Shown piece after piece: positions 12,127-23,410 of a stretch of DNA of 64,000 nucleotides. The stretch is taken from the NCBI GenBank assembly GCA_963801955.1, contig CAWDGS010000010.1, positions 207,202 to 271,201 of the forward strand, written 5' to 3'. A program made the translations under genes and the position numbers. Each line of letters opens with the position of its first letter. Position 1 is the first letter of the stretch. Source of the stretch: an uncultured Alphaproteobacteria bacterium. Its GTDB lineage: Bacteria > Pseudomonadota > Alphaproteobacteria > Rhizobiales > Xanthobacteraceae. A model generated the notes under the pieces. It was not told where the DNA came from. It saw only the letters and a list, made by a program, of their open reading frames with translations, and made no database searches.

Positions 12127-15100
12127 GTGGCCGGCGCGATACGTAGACAGCGTCAGACGAGGGGCGCGACCAAACGCATGACGGGGAGCGAGCAGGAGCA
12201 CGGTCATCGCGCCCATGCCGTCGCTGTGGGCCACGCGCCGCACCGCCGGCGGGTCGCGCGTACCCTCGGTGGCCGGCGCTGGAACAACCTGCGTTACAGG
12301 GCGCTCGGCTGGCTTCGTTCGTCTTTCATGCGGCGTCTGTTCTGGGGCCTGGCGATCTGCGGGGCCTTTGCGACCATTGTCGTGCTCGGTCTGTGGTGGC
12401 GATTGTCGAGCGGACCCATTCCACTTGATGTGGCGACGCCCTGGCTGAAGGCCGCGATCGAGGAGAATTTCGGCGGCCACCATAGCGTCGAGGTCGGCGG
12501 CACTCAGCTCGAGCGCGACGAGCGGGGCCGCACGTCGCTGCGCTTGCGCGACATCGTCGTGCGTGACTTCTGACGGGACGATCGTGGCGAGCGCACCCAA
12601 GGCCGAAGTCGGCTTGTCCGGCCGAAGTTTGCTGATGGGTCAACTGCGCGCCCAAAGCCTCAATCTCGTCGGCGCCGAAATGTCTGTGCGAATCGAGCCC
12701 GACGGGCGGCTGACCGTGTTTGCCGGCGCCGACAAGCGGCCGATCGCGACGGCCGCGCCCACGGTCAAGCCCGCGCGACCGGGCGGGCCTGGGCCAGACA
12801 CCGGGCCGCAAGGTGCGCTCGGCGCGGAGTTCGAAAATATTGCGGGCATGATGGCCCGGCTCGACGCCGTCGGTGAGACAGGTCTCGACGGCCACGATTT
12901 GCGCGAGCTCGGTCTCAAGAACGGAAATCTTGTCGTCGACGACCGGCGCAACGGAAAGCGTTGGACGTTTGACGGGATCAACGCGAGTTTGACTCGTCCG
13001 CGCCAGGGCGGCGTTGTTTTTCGTCTTGAGTCCGACAATCCCAAGCGTCCCTGGGTAATCAGCGCGGCGATGCGTCCAATGGCCGACGGCATGCGTGCGG
13101 TCGGCATCGAAGCGCGCAGAGTTTCCACGCGCGATATCATGCTGGCGATGCGGATGAATGCCGGCGATCTCGATGTCGACCTGCCTCTGTCGGCGAGTAT
13201 TCGCGCCGACGTTGCGGCGGATGGCACGCCGCAACTGGTGCAGGGACAATTGATCGCCGATGCCGGCACGATCGTCGATCGCGACAACAACAAAGTCAGC
13301 CTGAACATCGATCGCGCCGATTTCCGATTTAACTGGGATGCGCGGCGGCGCAGTCTGGTCGTGCCGTTCCAGGTCAATTCGGGCGGCAATCAGTTCACGA
13401 TGCGCGCGACGCTGGAAGGCGCGCCGAACAGAACGGCACCTGGCTGCTCGGCGTGACGCGCGGCGATCCCGTGATTGATCCGATCATCATTGCGCCCGGG
13501 GCCTCCGCCGATGACGAGGGTATCGCGATCAACCGGGTGGCCGTGCGGGCGCGCATCGACACGAACCGCAAACGCATCGAGCTGGAGCAGGGCGACTTCA
13601 GCCGCATCGATACGCGCCCCTCGCACAACATCGGAATTGCCGTCACGGGCAGCCTCGATTACTCGGGCGCCGAGCCGCACATCGCTTTCGGCGTTGCCGG
13701 CACGCGCATGCCGATGTCGGCGTTGAAACGGCTTTGGCCTTTTTTTGCCGCCGTCGCCGTCCGGTCATGGGTCGAGGAGCATATTTCCGGCGGCATGGTC
13801 GAGCGCGTTGTGGTCGCCGGCAATGCTCCCCTGGAAGACTTCAAGCATAACGGCCCGCCAGTGCCGGAGGATGGGCTGTCGGTTGACATCGAGACGAGCG
13901 GAACAACATTGCGTCCGATCTCGAATTTGCCGCCCATCCGCGACGCCGATCTCACGGTCCGCATCACCGGCCGAAACGCCATCGTCAATCTCGGTCGCGG
14001 CACTGTCGAGGCAGCGCCGGGGCGAAAGCTCAACATCGCGAGTGGCGTGTTCGAGGTGCCCGATACCCATCCCAAGCCGGCGCCGGCGCGGTCGAGTTTC
14101 CGTATCGATGGCGGCGTGCCGGCTGCTGCGGCGTTGCTTGCAAGCGACGGATTGCGTGACGAAGTCGGCATCACGCTCGATCCGGCCACGACTCGCGGCA
14201 CGATTTCCGCACAGGTCGCGGTCAAATTGGCCATCGCCCAGCCGATGCCGGAGGACGCGTCGAGCTATCTGATCAGCGCGGACCTCACGAATTTTGCCGC
14301 CGACAAGATGCTGCTCGGCCAGAAAGTCGAAGCCAATACGCTCAAGGCCGTGGCGACCGGGGACGGGTTCCAGATCAAAGGCGACGTCAAGATCAACGGC
14401 ACGCCCGCGTCGATCGATCTGCGCAAGCAGAAAGGCGAAGCCGACGCCGAATTGCATATGCAGTCGACGATCGACGAAGCGGCGCGTCGCAGGCTCGGCA
14501 TGGATCTCGGCTCCACCGTTACCGGCTCCATTCCAATCAAGGTCGTCGGCCGCGTCAGTGACAATGCGACCGATGACGGCATGAGCGTGGAGGCCGATCT
14601 CACGCCGGTGAAGATCGACAATCTGTTGCCCGGATGGGTGAAGCCGGCGGGCAGGCCCGCGCGCGCGACCTATACGTTGCTCAAAAACGGCAAATCGGTG
14701 CGGATCGACGACTTGAGCATCGACGGCTCCGGCGCGACCGTTCGCGGCTCGGTCGAACTCGACAGCACGAACGAAGTTGTGTCGGCAAATTTCCCGGTTT
14801 TCGCCTTGTCCGACGGCGACAAGGTCACGTTGAAGGCCGACCGCGGTCCGGACGGCGCACTGCGCGTGGCGATGCGCGGCGATATTTATGACGGGCGCAA
14901 TTTCGTCAAATCATCGCTCGCGAACACCGACAAGGCCAAGCAAAAGCAGGAGGATCTTGATCTCGAAATCAAGGTCGGCACCGTCGCGGGCCATAACGGC
15001 GAAACGCTGCGCGGGCTTGATCTGAAACTGTCACGCCGCGGCGGCCGTATTCGCACTTTCAACATGACAAGCAAAATCGGCCGCGATACGCCGCTCAATG

Positions 15101-15735
15101 GCGATCTGCGCGTGCGCGCGCGCGACAATCATCAGGTTATCTATTTCGAGACCGATGACGCCGGCTCGTTGTTCCGGTTCACCGACATGTATCCGCGCAT
15201 GTTCGGCGGGCAGATGTGGGTCGCGATGGATCCGCCGACGCAGGAGCAGTCGCCGCAGGTCGGGACGCTCTTTATCCGCAGTTTCGTCGTGCGCGGCGAG
15301 CCCGCGCTCGACAGGGTGGTGTCGGGCGCGCCCGGCACAGCGGGGGCCACGGGGGTCGATTTCAGCGAAATGCGCGCCGATTTCACGCGCTTCCCGGGCA
15401 AGATGTCCGTCCGCGACGGCGTCGTGCGCGGGCCGCTGGTGGGCGCAACGGTCGAAGGCAACATCGACTACACGCGCGACGATGTTCATTTGCGCGGCAC
15501 CTTCGTGCCGTTCTACGGCCTCAACAATATGTTCGGGCAGATCCCGATCGTCGGGTTGTTTCTCGGCGGCGGCAACAAAGAGGGATTGGTCGGCATCAAC
15601 TACGAGGCGGTCGGTCCGCCGGGCGCGCCGCGCATTTCCGTCAATCCGGTCAGCGCGATCGCGCCCGGGCTGCTGCGCAAATTTATTCCGTCGCCCGGGA
15701 CGTTCGATCCGAATTTCGCGCCGCCATTGCGGTGA
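12127..15735 (+). CDS. Large AsmA-like / DUF3971 (YhdP-like) envelope protein; two frame disruptions
   Basis: Three colinear pieces (12127..12573, 12563..13456, 13453..15735) run from an N-terminal TM segment (LFWGLAICGAFATIVVLGLWW). The AsmA-like C-terminus reads GPLVGATVEGNIDYTRDDVHLRGTFVPFYGLNNMFGQIPIVGLFLGGG. Shifts are near 12570 and 13430. The start codon is uncertain. Confidence 0.65.
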
Positions 15736-15743
15736 GGGCGTAG

Positions 15744-16997
15744 TCAGCTCGGCTTCAACAGCACGTGTTGCTTTTTGCCGAGCGACAGCTTGATGACGCC
15801 GTCCGGCGTCACGTCTTTTGCGGCGATCACATGTTTGTCGGTGGTGATCCGTACATCGTTGATCGCGATCGCGCCGTTAGTGATTGCGCGCCGAACCTCC
15901 CCATTGGACACAGCGAGGCCCGCAAGGACAAAGGCGTTGAGGACACCGATACCGGCGGCTAGATCCTTGGACGGTATGGATACGGTGGGCAAAGCGAGTG
16001 AAGTCGAGCCTTCTTCAAAGGTCTTGCGCGCTGTCTCGGCTGCTTGATCGGCGGCGGCGCGACCGTGCACCAGCGCGGTTGCCTCGGTGGCGAGGACTTT
16101 CTTCGCTTCGTTGATTTCGTTGTCCTTGAGCGCGGCCAGTTTGGCGATCTCCGGTAACGGAAGGATGGTGAACAGCTTGAGGAAGCGCGCGACGTCGCCG
16201 TCCTCGGTGTTGCGCCAGTATTGCCAGTAGTCGTAGGGGCTCACCAGGTCGGCATTGAGCCAGACGGCGCCGGCGGCGGTCTTGCCCATCTTGGCGCCCG
16301 ACGACGTGGTGATCAGCGGCGCGGTGAGCGCGAACAGTTGCGCATTGCGCATGCGGCGGCCGAGATCGATACCGTTGACGATATTGCCCCACTGATCGGA
16401 GCCGCCCATTTGCAGGATGCAATCGTGGCGCTTGTTGAGCTCGACGAAGTCGTAGGCCTGCAACACCATGTAGTTGAATTCGAGGAACGACAGTTCCTGC
16501 TGGCGGTCGAGCCGCAGCTTGACCGAGTCGAAGGCGAGCATCCGGTTGACGGAGAAGTGCCGGCCGACGTCGCGCAGGAAATCGATGTAGTTGAGCTTGT
16601 TGAGCCAGTCGGCGTTGTTGCTCATGATGGCATTGCCGCCGTCGCCTTCGAATTTCAGAAACTTCGAAAAAATCGCGCGGATGCCTTTGAGATTTTCGTT
16701 GATCGCATCGTCGGTCAGGACGCGGCGGCTTTCATCCTTGCCGGATGGATCGCCGACGCGGGTGGTGCCGCCGCCCATCAGCGCGATCGGCCGATGGCCT
16801 GTCTGTTGCAGCCAATACAGCATCATGATCGGCAGCAATGAACCGATGTGCAGCGAGGCCGCGGTGCAATCAAATCCGATATAGGCGGTAATCGCGCCCG
16901 CCTTGGCGCGCGCATCCAGCGCCTCGGGCTCCGAGACCTGGTGGATAAAACCGCGCTCGGCCAGAATGTTAAGGAAATCGGATTTATAGGCGCTCAT
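15744..16997 (-). CDS. tyrS: Tyrosine--tRNA ligase
   Basis: Starts [20 protein letters not shown]. It has a HIGH-type motif (AASLHIGSL), a KMSKS-type motif (KMGKT) and a C-terminal S4-like domain. 417 aa from ATG 16997. Confidence 0.93.
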   Translation of the reverse strand: MSAYKSDFLNILAERGFIHQVSEPEALDARAKAGAITAYIGFDCTAASLHIGSLLPIMMLYWLQQTGHRPIALMGGGTTRVGDPSGKDESRRVLTDDAINENLKGIRAIFSKFLKFEGDGGNAIMSNNADWLNKLNYIDFLRDVGRHFSVNRMLAFDSVKLRLDRQQELSFLEFNYMVLQAYDFVELNKRHDCILQMGGSDQWGNIVNGIDLGRRMRNAQLFALTAPLITTSSGAKMGKTAAGAVWLNADLVSPYDYWQYWRNTEDGDVARFLKLFTILPLPEIAKLAALKDNEINEAKKVLATEATALVHGRAAADQAAETARKTFEEGSTSLALPTVSIPSKDLAAGIGVLNAFVLAGLAVSNGEVRRAITNGAIAINDVRITTDKHVIAAKDVTPDGVIKLSLGKKQHVLLKPS

Positions 16998-17106
16998 TGC
17001 TGCTATCTCGGCGGCGGCCTTGTCGCTTGCGTCGGCGGGTGGTGTAACAGGTCCGGCGTTGGATTCAACCAACGTGCGCCGACAAAAGAGGTGGGTGTTG
17101 GGGTTA

Positions 17107-18207
17107 GTGAGGGCGATCGGCCTGATGAGCGGGACTTCGCTCGACGGCGTCGATGTGGCGTTGATCGAGACCGACGGCGAACGCATCGCAGCTCTAGGGC
17201 CGACGGGCTACCGGCCATATACCGAAGCGGAACGCGATCTCCTGCGGCAGGCGCTTGCGGGTGGTGTGGCTTTGTCAGACCGGTGGCAGAGGCCGGGCGT
17301 GCTGGCCGAAGCCGACGAGTTCGTGACGCGTGTCCACGCCGAGACGGTCGAGGCATTCCTTTCAACCGAACACATCAAGAAATCAGATGTCGATATTGTC
17401 GGTTTCCATGGGCAGACGGTCCTGCACCGACCGGCCGCCCGGTTGACGGTGCAGATCGGCAATGGCGAAAAGCTGGCTGCGCGCCTCGGTCTGCCCGTTG
17501 CCCATGACTTCAGAGCTGCGGATGTGGCGGCCGGCGGGCAGGGCGCTCCCCTGGTGCCGGTGTTCCACCAGGCGTTGGCACGCGATCTTGATCGCCCGCA
17601 TCCCATCGCGGTGTTGAATCTGGGGGGCGTCGCCAACGTCACCTTCGTCGACGGCGGCGATCCAATCGCGTGCGATACCGGACCCGGCAATGCATTGATC
17701 GATGATTTCATGCGGGCGCGCACCGGCGCGCCCTATGACAATCACGGCGACGCGGCGGCGGACGGCAAGCCCGACCAATCCTTTATCGACAATGTTCTTG
17801 CCGATCCGTTTTTTGAGCTCAAGACGCCGAAGTCGCTTGACCGCAATGCGTTTGCATTCAGCAATATCGGGCTGCCGGATTATTCGGTCGCGGACGGCGC
17901 GGCGACCCTTTCGGCGCTGACGGTCCAGGCGGTGGGGCGCATTCTGCCTCATCTTCCGGAGGTGCCGAAGGCCTGGATCGTTGCCGGCGGCGGCGCACGC
18001 AATCGCACGCTGATGAAGATGCTCCAGCAGCGCCTTGCGCCGGCGACGGTGGAGACGGCGGACCAGGCGGGCTGGTCATCCGACGCTCTCGAAGCCCAGG
18101 CATTTGCCTATCTCGCGGTGCGCACGCTCAATGATCTGCCGATCACTTTTCCGAAAACGACCGGCGTGGTGGCGCCACTTACGGGCGGGGTCGTTGCGCG
18201 GCCCTAG
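17107..18207 (+). CDS. anmK: Anhydro-N-acetylmuramic acid kinase
   Basis: [24 protein letters not shown] signature. It is divergent from tyrS. The GTG 17107 start is inferred; an alternative is ATG 17125. Confidence 0.85.
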   Translation: MRAIGLMSGTSLDGVDVALIETDGERIAALGPTGYRPYTEAERDLLRQALAGGVALSDRWQRPGVLAEADEFVTRVHAETVEAFLSTEHIKKSDVDIVGFHGQTVLHRPAARLTVQIGNGEKLAARLGLPVAHDFRAADVAAGGQGAPLVPVFHQALARDLDRPHPIAVLNLGGVANVTFVDGGDPIACDTGPGNALIDDFMRARTGAPYDNHGDAAADGKPDQSFIDNVLADPFFELKTPKSLDRNAFAFSNIGLPDYSVADGAATLSALTVQAVGRILPHLPEVPKAWIVAGGGARNRTLMKMLQQRLAPATVETADQAGWSSDALEAQAFAYLAVRTLNDLPITFPKTTGVVAPLTGGVVARP

Positions 18208-18607
18208 AGCGCGCGCGTGGCAATCGACGCTTCGGCTTTAAAAATGCTGCGCAAAACGCCGCGTCGAACAGGCGATAGTTGTTGGTGATCTCTTCGCCCT
18301 TGCGGATGTCGCGACTGGCGACGATGTGACCATTGCGCCAATGGGTGTTGGCGTCTTCCGAATGATTCATGTGGTGATCGTGGTCGATGGTCAGCAGCAC
18401 TTCGCCGTCGACCCGGTAGCCGTAGTTCCTGATGTAGTCCCGCGCCGGCTTGGGCAGTTTGGCGAATTCCTGCGGAGAATAGACCCGATCGAAGCTTTCG
18501 ACGAACCGCCAGACCTTGGCGCCTTTGCGAATGAATTCGTCGGCATAAACGCCGAGCCCGTGAATTGGGCTTCTGTCGAGATAGGTTTTGACAAGCAACA
18601 TGATCAA
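18179..18607 (-). CDS. SET domain-containing protein (putative protein-lysine methyltransferase)
   Basis: IHGLGVYADEFIRKGAKVW...HMNHSEDANT...GEEITNNYRLFD is the typical SET core. The 3' end overlaps anmK by 29 nt. A T-run (gcagcattttta) just before the overlap could hide a 1-nt indel that removes an earlier TAA. Confidence 0.7.
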   Translation of the reverse strand: MIMLLVKTYLDRSPIHGLGVYADEFIRKGAKVWRFVESFDRVYSPQEFAKLPKPARDYIRNYGYRVDGEVLLTIDHDHHMNHSEDANTHWRNGHIVASRDIRKGEEITNNYRLFDAAFCAAFLKPKRRLPRARSRAAQRPRP

Positions 18608-18675
18608 TCATCGCGGACGGGCATCCGCGCGTCACCATTCGCTGACCGAACATGTCGCCGGCCGGCGGCGGAGTA

Positions 18676-19335
18676 CTAGGCCGCCGGCTTGCGTTCGGTC
18701 TTCAGGCGCTTGTCGAGGTAAGCGCTGATCGAAGTGAGCAACGCTTCCACCTTGCCGTCAAAGAAATGATTGGCGCCTTGCACAACTTTTTGCTCGATCA
18801 CGATGCCCTTTTGGGTCTTGAGCTTGTCCACCAAAGTGGTGACGTCCTTGTGCGGGACGACGGCATCCTTGTCGCCATGAATGATCAGGCCGGACGACGG
18901 GCAGGGTGCCAGGAACGAAAAGTCATAGAGGTTCGCGGGTGGGCAGATCGAGATGAAGCCCTCGATCTCCGGACGGCGCATCAAAAGTTGCATGCCGATC
19001 CACGCGCCGAACGAGAAGCCGGCGATCCAGCAGCTTTTCGCCTCCGGATTGATGGTCTGCGCCCAGTCGAGTGCTGCTGCTGCGTCGGACAATTCGCCCT
19101 GGCCATGGTCGAAGGAACCCTGGCTGCGTCCGACGCCGCGGAAATTGAACCGCAGGGCCGAGAAGCCGCGGTGCACGAAGGCGTAGTAGAGCTGATAGAT
19201 GATCGGGTGGTTCATCGTCCCGCCGAATTGCGGGTGCGGATGCAGGACGATGGCGATCGGAGCGTTCTTCTGGCGCGCGGGGTGATAGCGCCCCTCGATG
19301 CGTCCGGCGGGGCCGGTGAAGATAATCTCAGGCAT
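18676..19335 (-). CDS. Alpha/beta hydrolase fold protein
   Basis: MPEIIFTGPAGRIEGRYH..., nucleophile elbow GFSFGA, IIHGDKDAVVP. 219 aa from ATG 19335. Confidence 0.7.
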   Translation of the reverse strand: MPEIIFTGPAGRIEGRYHPARQKNAPIAIVLHPHPQFGGTMNHPIIYQLYYAFVHRGFSALRFNFRGVGRSQGSFDHGQGELSDAAAALDWAQTINPEAKSCWIAGFSFGAWIGMQLLMRRPEIEGFISICPPANLYDFSFLAPCPSSGLIIHGDKDAVVPHKDVTTLVDKLKTQKGIVIEQKVVQGANHFFDGKVEALLTSISAYLDKRLKTERKPAA

Positions 19336-19424
19336 TGCTGTCGACCTCGGACCGCGCATACCACAATGGGCAGCAGCGGGATTTGTTGTGTGCCCGGCGG
19401 AACTTAACGAGACCCGGCGGGTAG

Positions 19425-19441
19425 TTTAGAATTATTCTAAT
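19425..19441. promoter_or_regulatory. Irr-type iron control element (ICE) upstream of the suf operon
   Basis: TTTAGAATTATTCTAAT matches the published Bradyrhizobium ICE/Irr-box palindrome TTTAGAA-N3-TTCTAAA at 13 of its 14 specified positions. It sits ~140-155 nt upstream of the first suf-operon start. Confidence 0.6.
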
Positions 19442-19582
19442 TATGTGATTTCCGCTGTTCCCAGCCGCAACACACGCTATAAGGGCCGGGTAATTTCGGG
19501 CTTCTACCACGATCCCCAGGGCAAAAAGCAAGCTTTTTGCGGGGTCTAGACGAAAAACGGTAATTAGGTATTGGCGAAAGCC

Positions 19583-20735
19583 ATGGTTGAGCGAGCCTAT
19601 TTTGACTGGAATGCGACCGCCCCGCTGCGCGACGAGGCGCGCGAGGCCGTAACTGCGGCGCTGGCCCTGACCGGGAACGCGTCCTCCGTACACGCAGAGG
19701 GCCGCGCTGCCCGCCGCATGGTGGAAGAGGCGCGCGAGCACGTCGCCGATCTGGTCGGCGCCGAAGCAAGGAACGTCACGTTCACGAGCGGGGCGACCGA
19801 AGCCAACATGCTGGCGCTGACGCCGGCGATCGAAGTCGGCGGCCGCAAGGAACCGCGCGACCGATTGTTGATCTCCGCGATCGAGCATCCGTCCGTCCGA
19901 AGCGGTGGCCGCTTCGCCGCCGATCAGGTTGAAGAATTGCCGGTGACCGCGCACGGACTTGTTGATCTCGTCGCGCTGACGCGGCTGCTCGCGAGCTGCG
20001 AGAGACCGTTGGTTTCCGTGATGCTCGCCAATAACGAAACCGGTGTGATTCAACCGATCGCGGACATTGCTGACATCGTGCATGCCGCCGTCTGGCGTCC
20101 TGCATGTTGATGCCGTGCAGGCACCAGGCCGAATTCCTTGCGACATCACGACGCTCGGTGCCGACCTGCTGTCGCTCTCATCGCACAAGCTTGGCGGTCC
20201 GCAAGGCGCGGGTGCGCTCGTCCGCCGCGGCGACATCCACATCACCGAGCCCTTGATCAAGGGCGGCGGGCAGGAGCGCGGCCAACGCGCGGGAACCGAG
20301 AACGTGGCCGCAATCGCGGGCTTCGGCGCCGCAGCGGCTGCGGCAAAGCAGACGGACGGCGCGCGCATGGCCGCCCTGCGCGAGCAGCTGGAAGCGGGAA
20401 TTAAAGCGGTGACGCCGCAGGCGGTGTTTTTCGGCGCGGATGCGCCCCGTCTGCCAAATACGAGCCTTTTCACGGTTCCAGGCCTGAAGGCGGAAACCGC
20501 GATAATTGCGTTCGACCTCAATGGGATAGCGGTATCCTCGGGTTCCGCCTGTTCGTCCGGCAAGGTGCAGGCTTCGCATGTGCTGGCAGCGATGGGCGTG
20601 GAACCCGACCTTGCGCGCGGCGCGGTGCGCATCAGCCTCGGCTGGAGCACGACCGAAGCGGATATCGAAAGACTGCTAAATGCTTGGAATACAGTGGTTT
20701 CGTCATTACTTAACAAGCAAGCCAATGCCGCATAA
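19583..20735 (+). CDS. Cysteine desulfurase, NifS/IscS-like (class V aminotransferase); one frame disruption
   Basis: The pieces are 19571..20110 and 20067..20735. Motifs are FTSGATEAN, the PLP lysine context SSHKLGGPQG and the active-site SSGSACSSG. The shift is near 20090. The ATG 19583 start is inferred; TTG 19571 is also possible. Confidence 0.85.
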
Positions 20736-20784
20736 GCGCATGACCCCGAAAAGTGGAAACCGGTTTTCGGAAAAGATCATGCGC
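20736..20784 (+). repeat. Nested palindromic intercistronic element (REP/RIME-like stem-loop) between the nifS-like gene and sufB
   Basis: The sequence is GCGCATGAccCCGAAAAgtggaaaccggTTTTCGGaaaagaTCATGCGC. The outer arms are 8 bp (20736-43 with 20777-84) and the inner arms 7 bp (20746-52 with 20764-70). It starts 1 nt after the stop codon. Confidence 0.5.
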
Positions 20785-20882
20785 AGAAGCGGCGTCACCT
20801 GGGATGATCGCAACGCGATAAGCGAACGACCATAACCGACAAATCCAACCCGCGGTCCTTGAAACCGTGAGCGGAGGGAAGA

Positions 20883-22362
<1,480 letters not shown>

Positions 22363-22367
22363 CGACC

Positions 22368-22718
22368 ATGACGCGATATTGGTTCAAACCCAGACGTTAC
22401 GGTTACGGCGCAGTACCGGCGACATGGGAGGGCTGGTTGGTCACAGTCGCGGCGGCTGCGATCGTCGCCGGCTCGATCATCGCGATGAATGTGTGGGTTG
22501 ATCGAACCAATTTTGGTGCCTGGATCATTTGGGCGACTATTTTGGCGGTGTTGGTTTTGTATTTCGTCCAATTCTGCCGGCGCCGTACCGATGGCGAATG
22601 GCAGTGGCGGTGGGGCGAAAGCTCAAGCGAAGAAATCTGTGAGGTAGAGACGTGGCTTTTCTGGAAGTTAAAAATCTGCATGTCGAAGTCGAGGACAAGA
22701 AAATCCTCAACGGCCTGA
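22368..22718 (+). CDS. Small two-TM membrane protein of unknown function embedded in the suf operon
   Basis: MTRYWFKPRRYGYGAVPATWEGWLVTVAAAAIVAGSIIAM...AWIIWATILAVLVLYFVQF contains two hydrophobic spans. As given, the ORF overlaps sufC by 67 nt. A 1-nt shift after WRWG would give ...RKLKRRNL-stop near 22643, so the true end is uncertain. Confidence 0.5.
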   Translation: MTRYWFKPRRYGYGAVPATWEGWLVTVAAAAIVAGSIIAMNVWVDRTNFGAWIIWATILAVLVLYFVQFCRRRTDGEWQWRWGESSSEEICEVETWLFWKLKICMSKSRTRKSSTA

Positions 22719-23407
22719 CGTTGTCGGTCGAAAAAGGACAGGTCGCGGCGATCATGGGGCCGAATGGCTCCGGCAAGTCGACGCTCGCTTACGTGCTGGC
22801 CGGCAAGGACAACTACAAGGTCACCGAAGGCGACGTGCTGCTGAACGGTGAAAGCATTCTCGAAATGCCGCCGGATGAGCGTGCCGCGAAGGGTGTGTTC
22901 CTCGCATTTCAGTATCCGGTCGAAGTGCCGGGCGTTGCGACCATGACGTTCCTGCGCACCGCGCTCAACGCCCAGCGCAAGACGCGGGGCGAGAAGGAAT
23001 TCTCAACGCCTGAATTCATGAAACTGGTGCGGGATACGGCCGGCCAACTTGGCATCAGCCAGGAAATGCTGCGCCGTGCCGTCAATGTCGGCTTTTCCGG
23101 CGGCGAGAAAAAGCGCAACGAGATCCTGCAAATGGCGATCTTGCAGCCGCGGCTTGCGGTGCTCGACGAGACCGATTCCGGTCTCGACATCGACGCGCTC
23201 AAGATTGTCGCGGAAGGCGTCAATCGTTTGCGTTCGCCGGAGCGCTCGATGATCGTCATCACTCACTATCAGCGGCTGCTCGAGTTCATCGTCCCGGACG
23301 TGGTGCATGTGCTGGCCAAGGGCAAAGTCGTGAAGACCGGCGGCAAGGAACTGGCGCTTGAGCTCGAAGCCAAGGGCTATGCGCAATTTGCGGGTGAGGC
23401 GGCCTGA
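22652..23407 (+). CDS. sufC: Fe-S cluster assembly ATPase SufC
   Basis: GTG start. It has Walker A GPNGSGKST, the ABC signature FSGGEKKR and Walker B LAVLDETDSGLD. Confidence 0.93.
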   Translation: MAFLEVKNLHVEVEDKKILNGLTLSVEKGQVAAIMGPNGSGKSTLAYVLAGKDNYKVTEGDVLLNGESILEMPPDERAAKGVFLAFQYPVEVPGVATMTFLRTALNAQRKTRGEKEFSTPEFMKLVRDTAGQLGISQEMLRRAVNVGFSGGEKKRNEILQMAILQPRLAVLDETDSGLDIDALKIVAEGVNRLRSPERSMIVITHYQRLLEFIVPDVVHVLAKGKVVKTGGKELALELEAKGYAQFAGEAA

Positions 23408-23410
23408 GCG

